Position numbers and translations under genes: made by a program
Part shown: positions 51,138 through 55,282 of the stretch, piece after piece
Layout of the letters: each line of letters starts with the position of its first letter
Position numbering within the stretch: position 1 is the first letter of the stretch
The notes under the pieces: model-generated
Databases searched by the model: none
The model's input: the letters and a program-made list of their open reading frames with translations, nothing else
Told to the model about the DNA's origin: nothing
Assembly (NCBI GenBank): GCA_051294375.1
Contig: CM119265.1
Span: forward strand, 25,618,610 to 25,673,891
Reading direction: 5' to 3'
Length of the DNA: 55,282 nt
Origin: Paraspadella gotoi
Taxonomy: Eukaryota; Animalia; Chaetognatha

Positions 51138-54100
51138 GAGGAGAGAGAGGGAGAGAGAGAGAATAAACACGGGAACGAGGGGAAATATGGTTTGTAGAAC
51201 GGAGAAGAATACGAACTGACTAACAGGACATTTCAAATATTAGACAAAGCCAGAGAGAGAGAGAGAGGAGAGATGGAGAGAGAGGAGAGAGAGAGAGAGA
51301 GAGAGAGACGCATCTTCGGCGGGCACAAAATGATCGTCACTGAATGATCAGCAATCAAAGGAAGACGCCGCGGTTTCGGACACCAATCGCTGTCGCCGTC
51401 CGAAGCGTGAGGTTGCAAATCTCGAATTTTCGATTGACGCTATCGGTCAATTTATTGAGAGATCGTTGATTGGTTGAGATCGAAGGGATGGAGATCGGTT
51501 GATTGGCCACGATTAGAATGTATGGAGATGCAGAGTGGGAGGGAGAATGGATAGGAAGGATTGGAGGAGGAGGAGGAGGAGGAGGAGGAAGAGCGAGGCA
51601 GATAGAGCGAAATGTCCTCGGGGCGAAAAAAAGTCTGGAAAATTCGCCGAAGTCGAAATCCGCGGAATTCGCTGGGGGGGGCGACTGCGGGGAGGCGAAA
51701 GAGGGGAAGTGAGGGGAAGAGAATAAAAGAAAAAGGGGGGGGGTAAAAGGGGGTTTGGGTTGGAGGCGTAGGGGTAAAAGAAAGGTATGAGGAGAGAGAA
51801 GTTTTAAAAAAAAAGGAAAGGAGTAGATAAATACGGAACAAAGGAAAGGGGTAGAGAGATGAGGAAGGAAAGGAGGGAGAAATATGGAGGGAAANNNNNN
51901 NNNNNNNNNNNNNNNNNNNAAAGGAAAGGGAGGGAGGAAAGACGGAGGAAAGGAAAGATAAGATTGAGGCGATTTTCGTCACCGAAGGGCGACTCATCGT
52001 TTTTTGGGACGAGTACGACGACGATGACGACGAACGACGACGACGATGACGACGACGACGTCGATGACGACGTCCCGTGACTCAAAAATCGAATTCCTGA
52101 CTCATGATGTTTTTTTTTCTCTCTTTTTCGTTTTTTTCTTGTTTTTCTTTCGGCGTCAAAAAAAATTTTAGATTCAACGATAAACTATTATTTTTTGTAG
52201 GTGAGGATTAGGGGTTGAGACAGTTAGAGGAATCGAGTGGAAGGTGGAAACACAGATGGATTGTCAGGCGTTGAGACATTTAGAGGAATCAGGTGGAAGG
52301 TCGAAACACAGATGGATTGTCAGGCGTTGAGACAGATAGAGGAATCAGGTGGAAGGTGGAAACATAGGTGGATTGTCAGGCGTTGAGACTGGTAGAGGAA
52401 TAAGGTACAGAGCGAAGGTGAGAGATCCGATCGTGAAAGATTTTTTAGAGAAATGAACTAGTATTTTTGCTCCATCCGGAAAAGATATTGATTGATAATA
52501 AAATGTGAAAATTGCAAGATTGCATGTTTTACTTTATCAAGACTAATTTTTTTTTTTTTTACAAATTTAAAAAAAGTTACAAACATTTTGCGCAAATATA
52601 AAATATAAACTTAAAATTAAGATTTAAAGGAGATTTTTTTTTCGATTGGTGGAGAAATCATATCGAAAAGCCCAAGGAGAAAACGTAGCGGTGGTCAGAT
52701 TAAAACCAGTTCCTTCCTTTGTACTTTTCCTCTCTTCTCGTTTCTGATCACGTGACCCAAAAGTCTAAATCAAGTGACGAAGAAAGACGAGATTTTCCGT
52801 TCGAGTCGCCCGAACCTCGTCGTCTCCCCAGCTCCACCCCACCTACCGGTCGTGTCTCGAATTCGTAACTCGATTCGAATCCTGAAACTAGAGACGAGCC
52901 ACGCCCCCCGTTGCACGTCGTCGTCATCGGCGTCTTAATTTTGGTCCTCGTCGTCCGCCAGATGACGCTGAACGATTCGAATGAACGTAATTCTTTCTAA
53001 TTTCTCGTAACGTAACAGGAAATTTGAATTAGCGATTTTTTTCTTAGTTTGTTCCTTCATCTATTTATTCTTGTATTTGACTTATGAAATGGTAGCAAGC
53101 CATCATTAATTATTCAATTACCAAGCATAATTAAATTCATTATCCATCCATTACTATTCAATCAATAGAGAATACCATTTGTCCCTTCGACTTCGGACAG
53201 GCCATTGCTGGTTTAAGGCCTCCATCACTCTTACAAGATAATTTGACATAGCAGGTCCGTACAACTTTCAACTCAAGACTCTCTCACTGCTGTCCATCGT
53301 TTATTCACTGCCCAGATGACCTGCTTCGTCTATCAATTGAAGTGGTATATCAATACATTTAAAGTATCGTTATGCATTACCGACATATTACTTATAAACC
53401 TACTAATATTAATGTCCTTGAACCAGTTCACCGCCTCACTTATATTCTTCTCTCATCTTTCTTCTTTTTTTCTTTTCTTCTCTTTTCCCCATTTTTATCT
53501 CATTCCTTTCTTTTTTTTTTTTTCTTTTCTTTCTTTCTTTCCTTTCCATGCATCTCCTCCTTCTATACTTTTTTCTTTCGTTTCGATTTAAAACAAATTT
53601 CGGTCACGATTTTCTTTGTCTCTGTTTATCTTCTCTAATCGAGTTTGAAGCCGTTCTATTATTTCATTTCCGTTTAAAATATAATTACCTATAGACGTAG
53701 TTTGTTAATAGAATTTAATTTAAAGTCTATATTATTCCACAATTCGAACTTCCCAATCGTTTCAATCCGTTTGATCGAATTCATTTTCAGTTCCATCAAA
53801 TTCCATTGCTTTCATTGGAATGTCACTTTGATCTCCTCTCGTCTCGATTGATCTTAAAATCAAAATCTAACTTTCGGGTCAAAAGTCTGAAGTCGTCGAT
53901 TTTACATTTACATTTTACATTTAGCATCCTCAATGAAATTGAGGTCCGTCGCTTCGAGGTGATGCTCAATTCTCTCACGTTCACAGATGTTTTATCAACT
54001 TGACTTTTCCTGATTTGACATTAAAGCATATTAAATATTTATATGTAATTTTGTCGCAAAAAATGTTTAGTAAGTCAATATTGACTGAAATCATGTGGGG

Positions 54101-54246
54101 AAGAGTAAGCCACGAGGAGAGAGAGAAGAGAGAGGAGAAGAGAAGAGAGAGAGAGAGAGAGAGAGAAGAGAGTAGAGAGTGAGGAAGGTGAGGAACCCGA
54201 GAAATTCCCCTCGGAGGCTGGGATTATCCTCCCCCTTCAGTCTCTC

Positions 54247-54278
<32 letters not shown>

Positions 54279-55282
54279 TCTCTCTTCCTCTCTCTCTCTC
54301 TCTCTTCTCTCTTCTCTCTCTACTCTCTCTCTCTCTCTTTTCTCTTCTTCTCATCTGATCGCATTTCGCGGAGTTTTTCTTTCATCTCGATTTTTTTGCT
54401 TCGACGAAGAATCGAATTTCTTTTTTCACTTTTTCGCTTCTCGTTTTCAACTTTTTTTATCGACTAAAAAGACAAAAAAATACAAAATTGAAAAAAGAAA
54501 AAAAAGAAAGAATAAAATCGCCTTCATTCTTTGAATATCTGGGCCAAATATCTTCTCCCTCTTCTCCTCAGTTTTACCATTGCCCTGTTTCCCATCCTCC
54601 GCCCCCTTCTCCCCCCTTTCTTCCCCCCTTCTCCTCCCTCACCCTTTTTCACGATTTTCTTACAGTTTGAAATAAAAAATACAAAAAATTTTGAGTGAGT
54701 GAAGGAGTGAGAAATCGACTGACGCTAGACTTTCATTACTTTTTTATTACTAACAAAACCATCTATTGACCAACAAGCAAAACCTACCAATTAACTAGCT
54801 AAACCAACCAACCAACCAACCAAACCAAACCAACTCGCCTTACCATCGAACCAAACCAACTTACCAAAAGATATATAATTGTATATATCTTCCTTAGGAA
54901 TATTATTAAAACCGATTTCAAATCCACGACGGCTTTCGTAAGTCTCTTTTCGGTGTTAACTTACCAAACCTCACCTCTTTTCGACCGCACCTCGTTACGT
55001 CAAAAGGAGGAGGTGAGGTGTCGCCTTACCCGAAAACCAACGCGAGAAGGAAATGTCGACGCAAAGAACAAAAGAGCAGCTTTCGGAAGAGGATCGATAC
55101 TGGAGCGAGTGGGAGTAGTAATAGGAGCGGGAGATCTAAACTCCAATTCACAACTATGAACTAAGCCCAAAGTTTTAAATGAGTTTTGAAAACGAACAAC
55201 AACGACAACAACGACAACGACAACGATCCCGGATGGGAAACAAAGATCCGCCAAAGTTATCTCCTCTTTTTTTTAAGGGGGG
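50040..55282 (-). repeat. Inverted copy of 39121-44460 (runs to window end)
   Basis: Window end GTTATCTCCTCTTTTTTTTAAGGGG is the reverse complement of about 39123-39148; colinear throughout except for VNTR length. Confidence 0.95.
52212..52398. repeat. Same 56-bp minisatellite, only about 3 units, in the inverted copy
   Basis: Three GTTGAGAC-delimited units between flanks matching those of the 9-unit copy. Confidence 0.93.

Noticed and set aside
1-55282. rRNA, tRNA, transposase or reverse transcriptase, viral or bacterial genes
   Set aside because: No recognisable motif or structure found on either strand

Overview
This is eukaryotic, probably animal, draft-assembly DNA (inference from GT-AG exon candidates, dense microsatellites and the absence of any prokaryotic gene, RNA gene, CRISPR or recognisable transposase). 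It is AT-rich but not CpG-depleted, and full of (GA)n/(TC)n and (GAC/GAT)n tracts and N gaps. About 21 kb of the 55 kb consists of second or third copies, direct or inverted and often indel-ridden, of sequence elsewhere in the window. Several copies start or end at gaps of exactly 25 N, which points to long-read gap over-filling or contig mis-orientation, possibly with a second haplotype, rather than real palindromes. Almost all long ORFs in the track are artefacts of repeats or Ns. Comparing the redundant copies recovers several plausible exons: a + strand multi-exon candidate at about 39.3-44.1 kb, a Ser/Pro-rich exon with an SxIP-like motif at about 27.5-27.9 kb, and exons at about 12.2-12.6 kb. 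None is nameable. The most unusual items are (i) a multi-kb 18-bp-unit array whose variation is confined to the third base of GAN (Asp/Glu-only on +, poly-Ser on -), (ii) a foreign ~69-bp x3 tandem insert inside a G-rich motif in only one copy, and (iii) a 56-bp VNTR with 9 versus 3 units between copies. I cannot support a convincing novel biological system; the leads below need raw reads or RNA-seq.
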